63,324 bases of DNA, filler included, from Octopus bimaculoides (GCF_001194135.2; 5 parts of 4 records of this genome joined end to end with filler, not necessarily neighbours in it); one strand, 5' to 3'. Counted from the whole stretch's first letter, positions 25,150 through 38,292 are shown. Notes: a model not told the origin generated them from the letters alone. Translations and numbers: made by a program.

Positions 25150-25790
25150 TACTCTCTCTCGTTGTTCACACTGGTCCTGTACCTTGATAGCAATATTGGG
25201 ATTTTTGGTACTATGCAGTGGCGCCCCTTCCTGTTGGTTGTTTAATTGACAATGCCAACGTTTGTTACCAGTTCTAGGATTTTCCTGATATATATATTAC
25301 TGCGTATCTTTCCCGCCTTTGCTCTAGGGAGTAGAGTCTTAAGTTATTCAGTCTCTCCCAAAAACTGACATGTCGAATTGAGATGATCTTCTTTGTGTAG
25401 CTTCGCTTGATTGTTTTGAGATACGTCGTTAATTTTACACTGTGGTGACCATAGCTAGGAGCAGTAATTTAAACGGTTGAAGACAAATGGACCATCAGGG
25501 TTTCCTGTTCTCTCGTTCTGTAAGTTCGAAGGATCCATCTAGCCAACTGTCTGCATTTTGTTGCCAACTTGTCGATGCCCAATTTGCGCACTGATTTTGG
25601 TTCATGAATCGCAATCCCTCTTGGGTTAGTAAATCATGTCTGCTTTTCATTGAGCTTCGCATGTTGGTAGCGCAGTGTTTGGAATTTTCCAACATTAGAC
25701 TGCATGTTATTTTTCTCAGTCCACCTGTATATTGTGTTCAACTCCTGCTGCAGACGCGCAATGTCTCCAGTGTCCTCTGAGAGACTTTTG
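25150..25790 (-). pseudogene. CR1-group LINE RT C-terminal fragment
   Basis: DTGDIARLQQELNTIYRWTEKNNMQSNVGKFQTLRY, the post-RT LQ.DL..I..W...N.M.FN..K motif; further decayed similarity to 25200. Confidence 0.75.
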
Positions 25791-25794
25791 TATC

Positions 25795-26300
<506 letters not shown>

Positions 26301-26899
26301 GAAACAGACATAGAAATGAATAGGTTGATTAATATATATGTATGAACAGTTATCTTTGGAATATTACGAGGATTTGAAAGGCCACTTGTTGCTGTCGCTG
26401 TTATCCGCTTGTCATTTATATCTGTCGTCGTCACCGTTACAGCTTTTGTTGTTGCCGCAACCGTTGATGTTGATGTTGTTGTTTTCAATATTGGTATTAT
26501 TATTGCTGATTTGCATAGCATCTCATTAGACATTGAACGACATATCACAAAAGGATGAGGAGACTGTCTGAATCAGTTCAAAGAGAAATCGATTTATAAT
26601 TGATCAAATATTGTAATAATTCACCGATGTCATATTCAATGCCGAAAATTCTCTTTCACGTGGTGTACGATATCTCTTAATGACAATTGACGTCAAACGT
26701 CTATTTGAGATCTAGTGTTATACAGGCTTTCATCGGGTGGCAGTAGCAGTGTGTGATTTGATGATAGCGCGTGGGTGTGTATTTGTGTGTGTGTGTGAGA
26801 GGGGGGGGCACATTGGAAAATATTTGTCTGACCTAGAGAAATCATGTTAATGCTAACATACCTCAACCTTAGTAACGAAGCAGCAATCGTCACCTGTAA

Positions 26900-27560
26900 T
26901 TATTATTATTATTATAGTAATTTATATATTTCCCCTCTCCGAGCTTTCGATTTCACATGCTCCCGCTAATTCTGTAAGAGTGGGCGACAACCTGCTGTCC
27001 CCAATAAAAGCAGTTTCTAGGCATGTTCTACTCTCATGTACATCCCAATTTTTCCAACAAATTTCTCAAACCTGGTTGTTAATGCTCCTAATGTTCCTAC
27101 AAACACATTCGTGCAATTTCATCTTTTAGTGGCTTATACTTCTCAATCTTTTCCAATTCTTTAGCATCCAGTCGTACATTCTCAGGTATGTCAATATCTA
27201 TGATCTCGAAGGCGGTGAGCTGGCGGAAACGTTAGCACGCCGGGCGATATGCTTAGCGGTATTTCGTCTGTCTTTACGTTCTGAGTTCAAATTCCGCCGA
27301 GGTCGACTCTGCCTTTCATCCTTTCGAGGTCGATAAATTAAGTACCACTTAGGGTCAATCTAATCGACTGGCCCCTTCCCACAACATTTCGGGCCTTGTG
27401 GTTAGAGCAGAAAAGAACATCTATTATCTCGGTTTCCTTCATCATTTTATAAACTAAAATAATGTTTGGTCTCCGATCATCAATCTCTGAATCACACTGG
27501 ATTGTAAAATCCCACGAGAATTTATACTCATTATTCTCGGTGACACTTGGACTTTTGGTT
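26900..27560 (-). mobile_element. R4/Dong-clade LINE RLE domain fragment interrupted by a SINE
   Basis: NEYKFSWDFTIQCDSEIDDRRPNIILV...EIID|IDIPENVRLDAKELEKIEKYKPLKDEIAR (PD..D/E.K restriction-like endonuclease region); (ATT)n at the 3' end. Confidence 0.85.
27209..27418 (+). mobile_element. SINE family 2, full monomer with 13-bp TSD
   Basis: ATCTATGATCTCG (27196-27208) and ATCTATTATCTCG (27419-27431). Confidence 0.9.
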
Positions 27561-27639
27561 AGAAAATGGCCACCATAGAATCGAATTGAGGGAGGCGTGT
27601 GAAAGTTCATATGAGGAATGAAGGGAGGGGCCACGAGGA

Positions 27640-28200
27640 ATGTGAGACTATGAGAAGTTTGGAAATGTGATGTGAATGAAAGCGGGAGAAGTTATGAATT
27701 TGAAAGTAGAAAGTGTAGGCGTTTTAAACCCGGCAAACATAAACAGCGAGGGAACTTTTTACGTGGTTATTCGAGTTGTTGGAAATAGCTGCCAAGTCTC
27801 CTTCAAACCACACCCCACCGCCCTAGAACAACCCACATTATCTGATATGGTCCTGAGTTACTTGCAAAGAGAGAAAACAGACGTGAGGGTCACGTCTGGA
27901 ATGTCTTTAATAATGAATCTGCTCCACCAAAGTTGATATGAGACTAAACGATGACAAGGACAAGGTGAACAGAAAAGGTTATGTCTTCAAGTAAAGAGAG
28001 AGCGGACAAAGGTAAGAAGAGGAATCGGGAAACAAAGAGAAATCCTAAATAGATTTACTTAAGCAGAAAGACAGCTAACGAATATCCTTAACCCTACAAT
28101 GCCCAGTATGCAGAAAAGATTTTACAGATGAGTCTAAACCATAGAAAAGTTGCAAGAACAGCTGGTTATTTTAAATTACTTGCTATAATGTTCAAACGTA
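27640..28200 (-). mobile_element. Highly decayed CR1/L2-like LINE 3' region
   Basis: Weak SHI.FGGA..LL..Q...RL motif; tail GGAGA.TTGGC.GCTATTTC also seen at 3495-3550. Confidence 0.35.
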
Positions 28201-28362
28201 AAGAATCTTGAGAGATCGTCCAAACTTTCAATCTGTCTTTTTCATCCTATAAAATTGCAATATTTGAAACGCAATTTAAAATAAATGAAATATCTAGCCA
28301 GATGTAGCAAAAGAGATTGTGAATACGCGCGCGTGCACACACACACGCACGTACGCACGCAC

Positions 28363-28399
<37 letters not shown>

Positions 28400-28856
28400 T
28401 AAACACACACATAGATGTATACAAATGCAGCTGATGCCAAGAAGAAATGCGATCATGTGTACACGAATGCGCATTTACGTATGTTAATAGGCACATATGC
28501 ATATATAGAGATATATACTCAAACACCACTGCGTGGGAATATGCACACTCATACGAACATATACTCGCGCTCATGTAACCATCCATATATGCATATATTC
28601 ATATTGTACATATTCTTAATTAAAAGAATTGAAAGATTGCGACTTCTGAAGTGAGCTTGGGAAAAGGAAAAAATCATAGGAAGTTGTGGCAAATATTCAT
28701 TCATCGCAGAGAAGATATTTCGAGATTTTTCTTGCAGCTACAGGGAGGTGGTCTGTAAAATGACCAGACAAGTTAAAGCGGCAAACTATGGGTTCGAGAT
28801 CAATCTGAGCATTGTTATTGACACTCAGAAATGTTCACGGAACCTATCATCGAAGT

Positions 28857-29480
28857 CAGTGGTTCTTAACCCTTTCCATCGTTTTACCCACAGAGACTCT
28901 CCAGGTTATTACTGTGACCCCTATAATAAATTTTGTAATGATTAACATTGCGTAATGGTAAGATAAGTCAAAACTATATGATCCTAGTTTAATGAAAATG
29001 TTATAAATAACTACTAAACATCATACAAAACCTACTCATTCACTTAGTGGGAGGGTTGATAATTGTTTTGCAGCCTTAAGTACATCAAAACGATAAGCAA
29101 TGCTTGACAGACAACACCTCATATCGGCGTCCATCACAAGCCTACTGCGTACCTTCGTTTTCAGGGCCATCATTATTGAGAATCCAGCCCCTCAGTGATA
29201 GGTCGAAGGGGACTGGACCAGCATGGTCAGTGCACACATTGAAAGAAGAGGTTAGTCGTTCTTCAGTTTCGCTCAAAATGTTAGAAACTCTTGTTCGGAA
29301 AAATTGACTTTCAACTGAGTATCCTCACGAGTTTAAAGAAATTATACCTTCACAGCAACATCAGTATCACTGATGGCACTGTCGTTCACTGAAAAGGGTC
29401 TACAGATTCACGCATCAGTACAGCGGTCATCCAATCCTGGGAAGTAACTTTCAATGGCATCATTCACTGGCAGATGAGCT
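28857..29480 (-). mobile_element. hAT (Buster/Charlie-type) transposon 3' end with decayed transposase dimerisation domain
   Basis: TIR CAGTGGTTCTTAAC at 28857. One frame reads ESYFP..DA*I.RPF...EFLTF*AKLKND*PLLS.CAL.ML..PSTYH*GAGFS.M...KTK.RSRL...DMRCCLSSI. Confidence 0.9.
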
Positions 29481-29510
29481 GAGATTTCTTCACAGAAATA
29501 TATATATATA

Positions 29511-29547
<37 letters not shown>

Positions 29548-29591
29548 TAAGCAGTTTGATTCGGTGCCATGCGACTTACGATTTCGCGGGG

Positions 29592-29674
29592 CTCTAACAG
29601 AAACTCGTCTCTTTCAGGCTTTAGATTATCGATTCAGTAATCTAAAATCTGAAAGAGACGGGCTTCTGTTGGAG
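29592..29674. other. 83-nt near-perfect stem-loop (37-bp stem, 9-nt loop); pre-miRNA or MITE-like
   Basis: Arms 29592-29628 and 29638-29674, paired by hand: only 2 true mismatches on the plus strand, the rest Watson-Crick or G-U. Confidence 0.85.
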
Positions 29675-29687
29675 AATAAATCTACAT

Positions 29688-30002
29688 GTGAAGGCGCATG
29701 ACTTGGTAGTTAGGATATTTGACTCACGATCGTAATGTCTTGAGTTCGATTCCTGGTGGCGCATTGTGTCCTTGAACAAGACATTTTATTTCACGTTACC
29801 CCAGTCCACTCAGTTGGCAAAAAATGAGTATTAGCTACAATTCAAAGGGCCAGCCTTATCACATTCTGTGTCACGCTGAAGTTCCCTGAGAACTACATTA
29901 AGGGTACTTGTGTTTGTGGAGTACTCAGCCACATTTACTTTAATGTTACTAGAAGACTATTCCGTTGATTGGATCAACTGGAACACTCGTCGACGGAGTG
30001 CA
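29688..30002 (+). mobile_element. tRNA-derived SINE family 3
   Basis: B box GAGTTCGATTCC; colinear with 58503-58828. Confidence 0.85.
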
Positions 30003-30110
30003 TATAAACATATTTATATACATACATACATACATACATTATGTGCGTATGAGTGCTTTTGCCTGTGCATGAATGTGTGAGAAAATGTAATTAGAAAAGT
30101 TTTCAGTTAC

Positions 30111-30230
30111 CTCTTTGACACAACAATAGCCTGGACTGCACGAGTCTTTGTTCCCCGGGTCACAATTATCTTGAACATCGACCATCAACCCATTGATTTC
30201 TTTAATCTCACCACTAACTCCGGGTACGGT
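30111..30230 (-). CDS. Internal coding exon (phase 0/0, 40 aa) of a probable small secreted cysteine-rich protein
   Basis: Acceptor tttcttcgtctatttccAG-like pyrimidine tract, donor GAG|gtaact, 120 nt open: TVPGVSGEIKEINGLMVDVQDNCDPGNKDSCSPGYCCVKE; non-repetitive island between (CATA)n tracts. Confidence 0.7.
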
Positions 30231-30720
30231 CTGGAAATAGACGAAAGAAACAGCCATAAAGTGTTGTAGAAATACATACATAAATACATACATAAATATA
30301 TACATACATACATACATACATACATACATACACACACACATACATACATATACATACGAACAAAAATACCCTGCTGTTGATGTCGAAATTCCAATGAAGG
30401 AGCCTTGGATCTAGGTTAGCAGACGATTCTTTCTCTATTGGCAAGAAATCTTGAAATAAACTGAATAATGACATACATACATACATACATACATACATAC
30501 ATACATACATACATGCATACATACATACATACTAAACAGACCGATAAACGAACTATCAAACTTTTTGAAAAATAAGTACTAGGGTCTATTTGTTAGGCTA
30601 AACCCTTCAATGCGGTATCTCAGGATGGCGGCAGTCCAATGACTGAAACAAGTCTCAGATAAAAGTTAATTTCGATCTGCCAGCTCAAGCCTAAATTACT
30701 CTAAATTACTCTTTAAGAAA

Positions 30721-31129
30721 GGCGCAGGAGTGGCTGTGTGGTAAGTAGCTTGCTTACGAACCACATGGTTCCGGGTTCAGTCCCACTGCGTGGCACCTTG
30801 GTCAAATGTCTTCTACTATAGCCTCGGGCCGACCAAAGCCTTGTGAGTGGATTTGGTAGACAGAAACTGAAAGAAGCCCGTCGTATATATATGTATATAT
30901 ATACATGTATGTATGTATGTGTTTGTGTGTCTGTGTTTGTGCTCCCAACATCGCTTGACAACCGATGCTGATGTGTTTACGTCCCCGTAACTTAGCGGTT
31001 CGGCATAAGAGACCGATAGAATAAGTACTAGGCTTACAAAGAATAGGTCCTGCGGTCGATTTGCTCGACTAAAAAGGCGGTGCTCCAGCATGGCCACAGT
31101 CAAAGGACTGAAACAAGTAAAAGAGTAAA
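30721..31129 (+). mobile_element. tRNA-derived SINE family 1, full-length reference copy
   Basis: A-box-like TGGCTGTGTGG, B-box-like GGTTCAGTCCC, internal (TA/TATG/TG)n, (GTAAAAGA)n tail; more than 10 related copies in the window. Confidence 0.9.
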
Positions 31130-32218
31130 TTAAAACTGAACAACCGCTTCATACATTACTGGTTATCGCATGACAGACTATAATCAGTAATCTACTGGGT
31201 TTACACCATACAGAGTCTGACCATGACTTTCCATTCTGCTGAAGTGTTTTGTTAACCGACGGTATGAAACACTGTCGAAGTTATACAATATCTTTATCTC
31301 ATACATACAAATCTCTGTGCACCTCCTACGCATTAAAAAACAGTATAAAGAAAATTCTAGAGATAAACGATAGGAAATCGGAATCCCGTTTATCCCTAGC
31401 TTATTTTATGCAATGATTCTTGGAGTGATATTCACTAACAAAGTCAGTAATAGGAATCATTTATACACACACACGTGTGCACGTACGCACGCACACGCAC
31501 ATGCACGCACACACGCACAAACACTCTTTCACTCTCCATGCATTCAAACATTCATTTATCTATATATGTGTATTTATATGCATATACATATGCATATGCA
31601 TATGTTTATGCATGCATGTGCATATGCACATAATATAAACTTAGAGTAAGAGTATTATAATGATAAACCTCCCATGAAATGTGGATTCCCCCCATTCCCG
31701 AGTTTTCTTTCATTTTTAGTTCGTTGATTTTTTTTGTGTGTTGCTTTTTTCTCTTATCCCTGCAGTGGATATCAAATATCAAAATATTCACGGGCCTTGT
31801 TATCATATCATCAACGCTTTTCGGTCATCGTGACCCCACGCTTTATATTCATGCTTGATATTTTATTTATATATCTCTCACCACCTGGTATCTGCTTCAC
31901 AGGTTAACACTAATATTTAGGAAGGTCACACTTATCGTATTGGTTTTTTATATTTTATATGGCATTTTGTAAGCAATAGTATCGCTGCTTATAGATTTCC
32001 AACTGTTCAATCACCGATCTGTGTTAAATTTTCTATATTGAGAGTAAGAAAAAATCTTTGAGGGGCAATTCGAATGCAATAGATATCACAAGGGAGTTCC
32101 TTCGAAAAACTTCGCTTTATAGTTTCATATCTGACCTAAATCACTGAAAGATATACATTCATGTGTGTGCGTGTGCGCGCGTGTGTGTCTATGCGTNNNN
32201 NNNNNNCGTGTGTGTCTA

Positions 32219-32256
<38 letters not shown>

Positions 32257-32259
<3 letters not shown>

Positions 32260-32560
32260 AGGTGCATAGCTTAGTGGTTAGGGCGTCGCACTCAGTTACG
32301 AGATCGTGGTTTCCATTCTCAATCGGACCTCGCGTTGTGGTCTTGAGCAAAACACTTCATTTCACATTGCTCTGCGATCATTTCATCATCTAACATGTGG
32401 CAAGTCGTGCACCTGCACAGGTAATGTCGATTTGATGGTGGGAGTGAGCTTACGTGAACACAAATATTTGATCGTTATAAACAAATCATTTGTGTGGTTG
32501 TTCAACAAGAAATTGCAGAACCCTCATACGTCGTCTAACGACGTGATAGTCCGTGTTATA
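32257..32560 (+). mobile_element. tRNA-derived SINE, family-3 head with a third tail type
   Basis: TAGCTTAGTGGTTAG A box, TTGAGCAAAACACTTCATTTCAC.TTGCTC core, terminal CGTCGT..ACGACG hairpin. Confidence 0.75.
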
Positions 32561-32639
32561 TGTGTAAACATACACACACACGCACACGCACACACACACA
32601 CGCGCACTCACGCACACACACACATACACACACACAATC

Positions 32640-32675
<36 letters not shown>

Positions 32676-32837
32676 NNNNNNNNNNNNNNNNNNNNNNNNN
32701 NNNNNNNNNNNNNNNNNNNNNNNNNNNNNNNNNNNNNNNNNNNNNNNNNNNNNNNNNNNNNNNNNNNNNNNNNNNNNNNNNNNNNNNNNNNNNNNNNNNN
32801 NNNNNNNNNNNNNNNNNNNNNNNNNNNNNNNNNNNNN

Positions 32838-32902
<65 letters not shown>

Positions 32903-33689
32903 CATACATATATATATTTTTATACTCACGCACAGACATACAAAGGTACGCATACAAACACATATATATATACTAAGTTTACTATGATCGGATAATCATA
33001 GTAATCCACGATAATAAAGAAATCTGTGTTACGTATATATAACACTATTCCATACACTTTCCCTCAGCCAACTTCCTTTCTCAAGGCATTAATTAAATCG
33101 AAGTAATGACAGATGACATTTGACCACATGGTTAAGAAGCAAAATACTTAAATACGACCATGCTTGAATAACAGACCACACAGATTTGTTAAACGGATAA
33201 ATTATGTCTGAGTTTAGACGGCACCAGTTGAGATTATTTTATATTTGCTGAAGACGTTTCATTCAGCATCATTATTAAGATACTTAATACGACATAGCTT
33301 TTGTTTCCCTACCTAGAGCTTGGAGTAATGAAAGTGATAGGAATGACTGACAACAAGTTTTCCTCATCCTATATTGTAGAGGGTGGCGATTAATTACGAT
33401 AAAATCTCCCGGCAGAACCTATGACACACACACACACACACACATGGGCAGCTATGTGTGTGTGTGTGTGTTAAAACCTAAGACGACTCGTTACAGCTCT
33501 AAACAGAAAAAGATTAGAAAAGTACACGCCTCACCTGTTTAAATCATGAGACTATCAATCATTTATAATAACATGAATGTGATAACATTTCTGTGTATGC
33601 AGGTAATAGGTGTGCTAAAGTTCCTATTCTGAAAATCCGGGTTTATGGTGTATATTTTATTGATAATGTTGATTCTGAATCTAAAATAG

Positions 33690-34316
33690 CAAAATCCAAA
33701 TGGTCAGATGATCAATGCCAAGAAGTTGAAAAACCTTAGTAAGCACGATCAGTCCAAAGAAATATATAAAACAGATGAGATCACAAACAGAAAATGCATG
33801 ACCAAACAGAGTAGAAACATTAATGACAAAAATGGAGGCATACTGTTTGCTCGTGAACGTATCAAGATCGGTTAAATACATAAAAATACTGTACGATTGA
33901 GAGAACAGGGGACCTATGCTTAGTTTTGAAAAGCTGCTAATGGAAGCTCTTAAAAGAAGTAGAAAAAGCAATAAATGCAATGAAAATTGGGGCAACTGGA
34001 GTAGATGAAATACCAGTCGGAATATTAAAAGCATTAGATAATCAAGACTATATCTAATAACTGACTTATGTCATGTAATATATGAGAGTGGATATATACC
34101 AACCAATATGAAACAATCTATTTTTGTTCTAATACCATAGAAACCAAAAGCTTGAGACAACACAGAGTTTAGAAGTATATGATTCAGGAGTCATGTGATT
34201 AAAATATTACGAAAAGTTTCCCAACAAAGAATTTTATCAAGAATGAATGAAGAAATAAATCAATTGCAAAGTGGTTTTAGACCAGGTGTAGGAACTTGTG
34301 AAGGAATATTTAATAC
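33690..34316 (+). pseudogene. RTE-clade LINE RT N-terminal fragment
   Basis: IYESGYIPTNMKQSIFVLIP*KPKA*DNTEFRSI...SHVIKIL...EEINQLQSGFRPGVGTCEGIFN in one frame. Confidence 0.85.
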
Positions 34317-35328
34317 TTATTAGTGACAGAGGTAGGTGACGGAGATTTATCTCCCAGCTAGTGATATTAATAAGAGTGCATTTTGCACCAAAAGCCAATA
34401 TGAGAGTTTTTCTCATAGTAACTACTTCAGTATAGTTTGTTCTAACAGAACATCCACGTTCAAGAGGAGATAAATATTATCTCTCGGAATATTTAATGTA
34501 CATACGATACCTTACTTCAAGCAACTCTCGACATACACCAATGTGTTTATATATAGGTTCAACCAAAGAATTTAACTGCGAAACATAAAAATGGTGGGTC
34601 ATCAAAACCGTGAATAACAAAAAAGAAAGTACTGAAAGTGGATAACAGCAGCAGGAACTGAAGAGAGGGAACATTTCTGAATCTAAAAGTTTAAAAAAAA
34701 AAAAAATTAGAGACCTTAAGCAATAGCCTGTATTGTGATATTTTCTACAAACATTTTCGCTGGATAGCTTACGTCCAGTTAGTTCACGAAGACGTGGTCT
34801 TTTGGTTTCTCCTACGAGTTGTTTCAGAGTTCTGGCAGTTGTATGCAGACAGATGTTGATAGCCCAAAACATATTATCACCTGTTTTCAGATTTTCTCTT
34901 ACAATATTGTTGATAATGTTTAATACAAGAGTGACTGATATTTCCCTTAATATTGTTAATAAAAATATCTATTATCAAATGATAGCTCAGATAAACTGAA
35001 AAAATACAAACTACTGTTTAACATTGTTATTGAGTTATTGATGCTGCATAGTAATCTATATGAAGATATATGTTTGTTGAGGGCAGTAGTAGTGATGATA
35101 CTGATGCCACACCCACTCATACAAGCACATAAAATTTATTATATATTGAGTATCCGTCTGTTAAACTAACGTGCAAATATATACACAAGCTTTTCGGGCT
35201 AAATTTGATAATTCTTTTATGCTTCTTTTCTTCTTTTTTTTTTCAGGAGCATCTTGATGTTTTGGTAAACAGTCAACGGTGTTGGAGAGCATAAAGGTTG
35301 AAGTTGTAGCTGAGATAAAAACTCAGCT

Positions 35329-35545
35329 AACGTGGAGCTAAGTGTTATCTGTATCGTCATGGTTCGCGCCAGGCATCAAAATGCCAACATCATGACTGCT
35401 GCTCACTATCCTGTGAACATTGTAAAAGCTGTAAGACGTGACATGGACAACATGAAACCAAGATCCCCCAGACAGTGATAATTTCGGGGCGTGTCTCCAG
35501 TGAGGGTGACGTCATGCCGCTCCAGATGTATATCCAGTAAAAGGA
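35329..35545 (+). pseudogene. Internally deleted Tc1/mariner (DD37D/maT-like) transposase remnant
   Basis: N-terminal ELSVICIVMVRARHQNANIMTAAHYPVNIVKAVRRDM joined to TKIPQTVIISGRVSSEGDVMP. Confidence 0.55.
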
Positions 35546-35638
35546 GAAGTCCTACAGTATGATAGCATCTGGTAGCCGATACCGGGAGAGGAGCTTTTGA
35601 AAGTACATTATAAGGTTATTGCCCCAAAATATTAAATT

Positions 35639-35639
<1 letters not shown>

Positions 35640-35719
<80 letters not shown>
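35640..35719. repeat. (CA)n microsatellite
   Basis: Direct reading. Confidence 0.95.
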
Positions 35720-35721
<2 letters not shown>

Positions 35722-36442
35722 CACGCACACACACATGCACGTTAGTGACGAACCGGAAGAATGAGTTCTCAACATCGCATGAATGTATCCTTTATTTTTA
35801 AGACAGCTTTTATTTCTTCCAAGTCGAGTGACCATACTGAGGCAAACTTATCGACTTGGCGGCAATATAGTAGTTGTGTTGCCCCAGGCCAGTTCCTGGT
35901 AAAAAAAAAACTTCATCGTTTTGCCTTTTATTTACCTAAAACTAAATTATCCAATATAAATTTCCTTTAAAAAGCGTGAGATCNNNNNNNNNNNNNNNNN
36001 NNNNNNNNNNNNNNNNNNNNNNNNNNNNNNNNNNNNNNNNNNNNNNNNNNNNNNNNNNNNNNNNNNNNNNNNNNNNNNNNNNNNNNNNNNNNNNNNNNNN
36101 NNNNNNNNNNNNNNNNNNNNNNNNNNNNNNNNNNNNNNNNNNNNNNNNNNNNNNNNNNNNNNNNNNNNNNNNNNNNNNNNNNNNNNNNNNNNNNNNNNNN
36201 NNNNNNNNNNNNNNNNNNNNNNNNNNNNNNNNNNNNNNNNNNNNNNNNNNNNNNNNNNNNNNNNNNNNNNNNNNNNNNNNNNNNNNNNNNNNNNNNNNNN
36301 NNNNNNNNNNNNNNNNNNNNNNNNNNNNNNNNNNNNNNNNNNNNNNNNNNNNNNNNNNNNNNNNNNNNNNNNNNNNNNNNNNNNNNNNNNNNNNNNNNNN
36401 NNNNNNNNNNNNNNNNNNNNNNNNNNNNNNNNNNNNNNNNNN

Positions 36443-36519
<77 letters not shown>

Positions 36520-36876
36520 CAAATACACAAACACACGTACATTCACATAAATACAAACATAACCACGAATTGTGTCACAGACTTTAGTGTTAGATACAAA
36601 GTTTCGTGACGTTCGTTCCGGTCAACTTTGCTTTTCATTCTTTCGGGGTACATAAATAAAAGATCAATCTAATACTATAATCGATTTTGTTCTTTGTGAG
36701 AAAAAAAAAACAGAAGAAAATGCATTGGTTATGCTCAAATTCTGAGTAGGAATCTGTCAGGTTTACATATTTAAGATATAATAAATGCTACGACGGCGCT
36801 TCTTCTATCCAATCAGGAGTAAAGGACTCAAAAGCCCGGCATCAACATGCATAGACACTCATACACAGACATTTAT

Positions 36877-36926
<50 letters not shown>

Positions 36927-38056
36927 ACACACATACGGACATTTAATACTCACACATATACGTATGTAATCAAATATTGAAGACAGAGGTAAGAATTACA
37001 TATCTCGGACTCAATGGATTGATTTTTCTGGAAACAGTTAAATTTCCTTCTGCCTGTTTGACACAAAGCAAACGACACACACAGACGCACCCCATATCAC
37101 ACACACACACACACATACACACACGAGAAAAACATACGCACACACACACACACACACATACACGCACACAAACACATATATTTATAACAGACATTCATCA
37201 AATCTAGGTTATATTTAAACTTATTCCAGCAATGGCCGCCATATTGTGGCTAAAGTCTGATTCGAGTTTTATTGCTTAGGTTGTCAATGACCGATATACG
37301 TTCTACGTACGGTTTCTTTGATTTTTCATTAGTGCTTCGATAGAAACGCGAAAGAAGAATTTAATGGTCCAGAAANNNNNNNNNNNNNNNNNNNNNNNNN
37401 NNNNNNNNNNNNNNNNNNNTTAATTAATTAANNNNNNNNNNNNNNNNNNNNNNNNNNNNNNNNNNNNNNNNNNNNACATACATACATACATACATATATG
37501 AATGTATGTATGGTGTGTGGGTCGTGCAAGCATGTCAAAACAAAACATTCAATAGCGGCCGTAGACGAATATATACGTGAAATTCCAAAATATTTCGGTT
37601 AAATTCAAATCACCGCAATTCACTTTTATTTTTTTATTCTTCAAGATGTAAATGTAGATTATCACATGTCGCCATATATACGAGAATAATGTTATTATGT
37701 TTAGAATTCGTGTTCTTCAACTGTGACCACATAGAAAAAGTGTTATATGAAAATGTGTTTCCTCTTTGTCTCTATGTAAGATATACTTGAATTTCACTCA
37801 TGACGAGTATAATGAACCATCGATTTTAGAATTGTTAAGTAAACAAAACATCGAATATATGATTGTAACTAGAGCTATTATTGCGTCTGCTCCAAACTTT
37901 AATGCCGATAATGTTACGTTGACGTAATGTTAAACATGGTTTTGGCAAATATCTTATTCAAAATCGCCAATCATAGTAATGTAATACTTGAAAGTATATC
38001 ATTGGCACTCATGATAGGGTTGCTAATGTTCAAAACGATGATTCTTACAAGCGTAA

Positions 38057-38292
<236 letters not shown>

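Noticed and set aside
28690-28760. PPPCSCKKNLE as a last exon of the cysteine-rich gene
   Set aside because: Needs phase 2 whereas the 30111 exon ends in phase 0, and there is no intervening exon candidate
29350-29478. Apparent exon with in-frame TGA (selenocysteine or readthrough candidate, RCTDA*ICRPF)
   Set aside because: The frame continues as a hAT transposase with several more stops at conserved W/Y/C positions; it is a decayed transposon
33424-33471. (CA)n-8nt-(TG)n hairpin
   Set aside because: Inverted dinucleotide tracts are expected by chance at this microsatellite density
34773-34831. 59-bp minus-strand exon candidate TLKQLVGETKRPRLRELTG with GAC|gtaagc donor
   Set aside because: No homology recognised and phases (2/1) do not join the 30230 acceptor; cannot be supported without RNA data
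37781-37926. 48-codon open stretch IYLNFTHDEYNEPSILELL...
   Set aside because: No motif recognised; length within chance expectation
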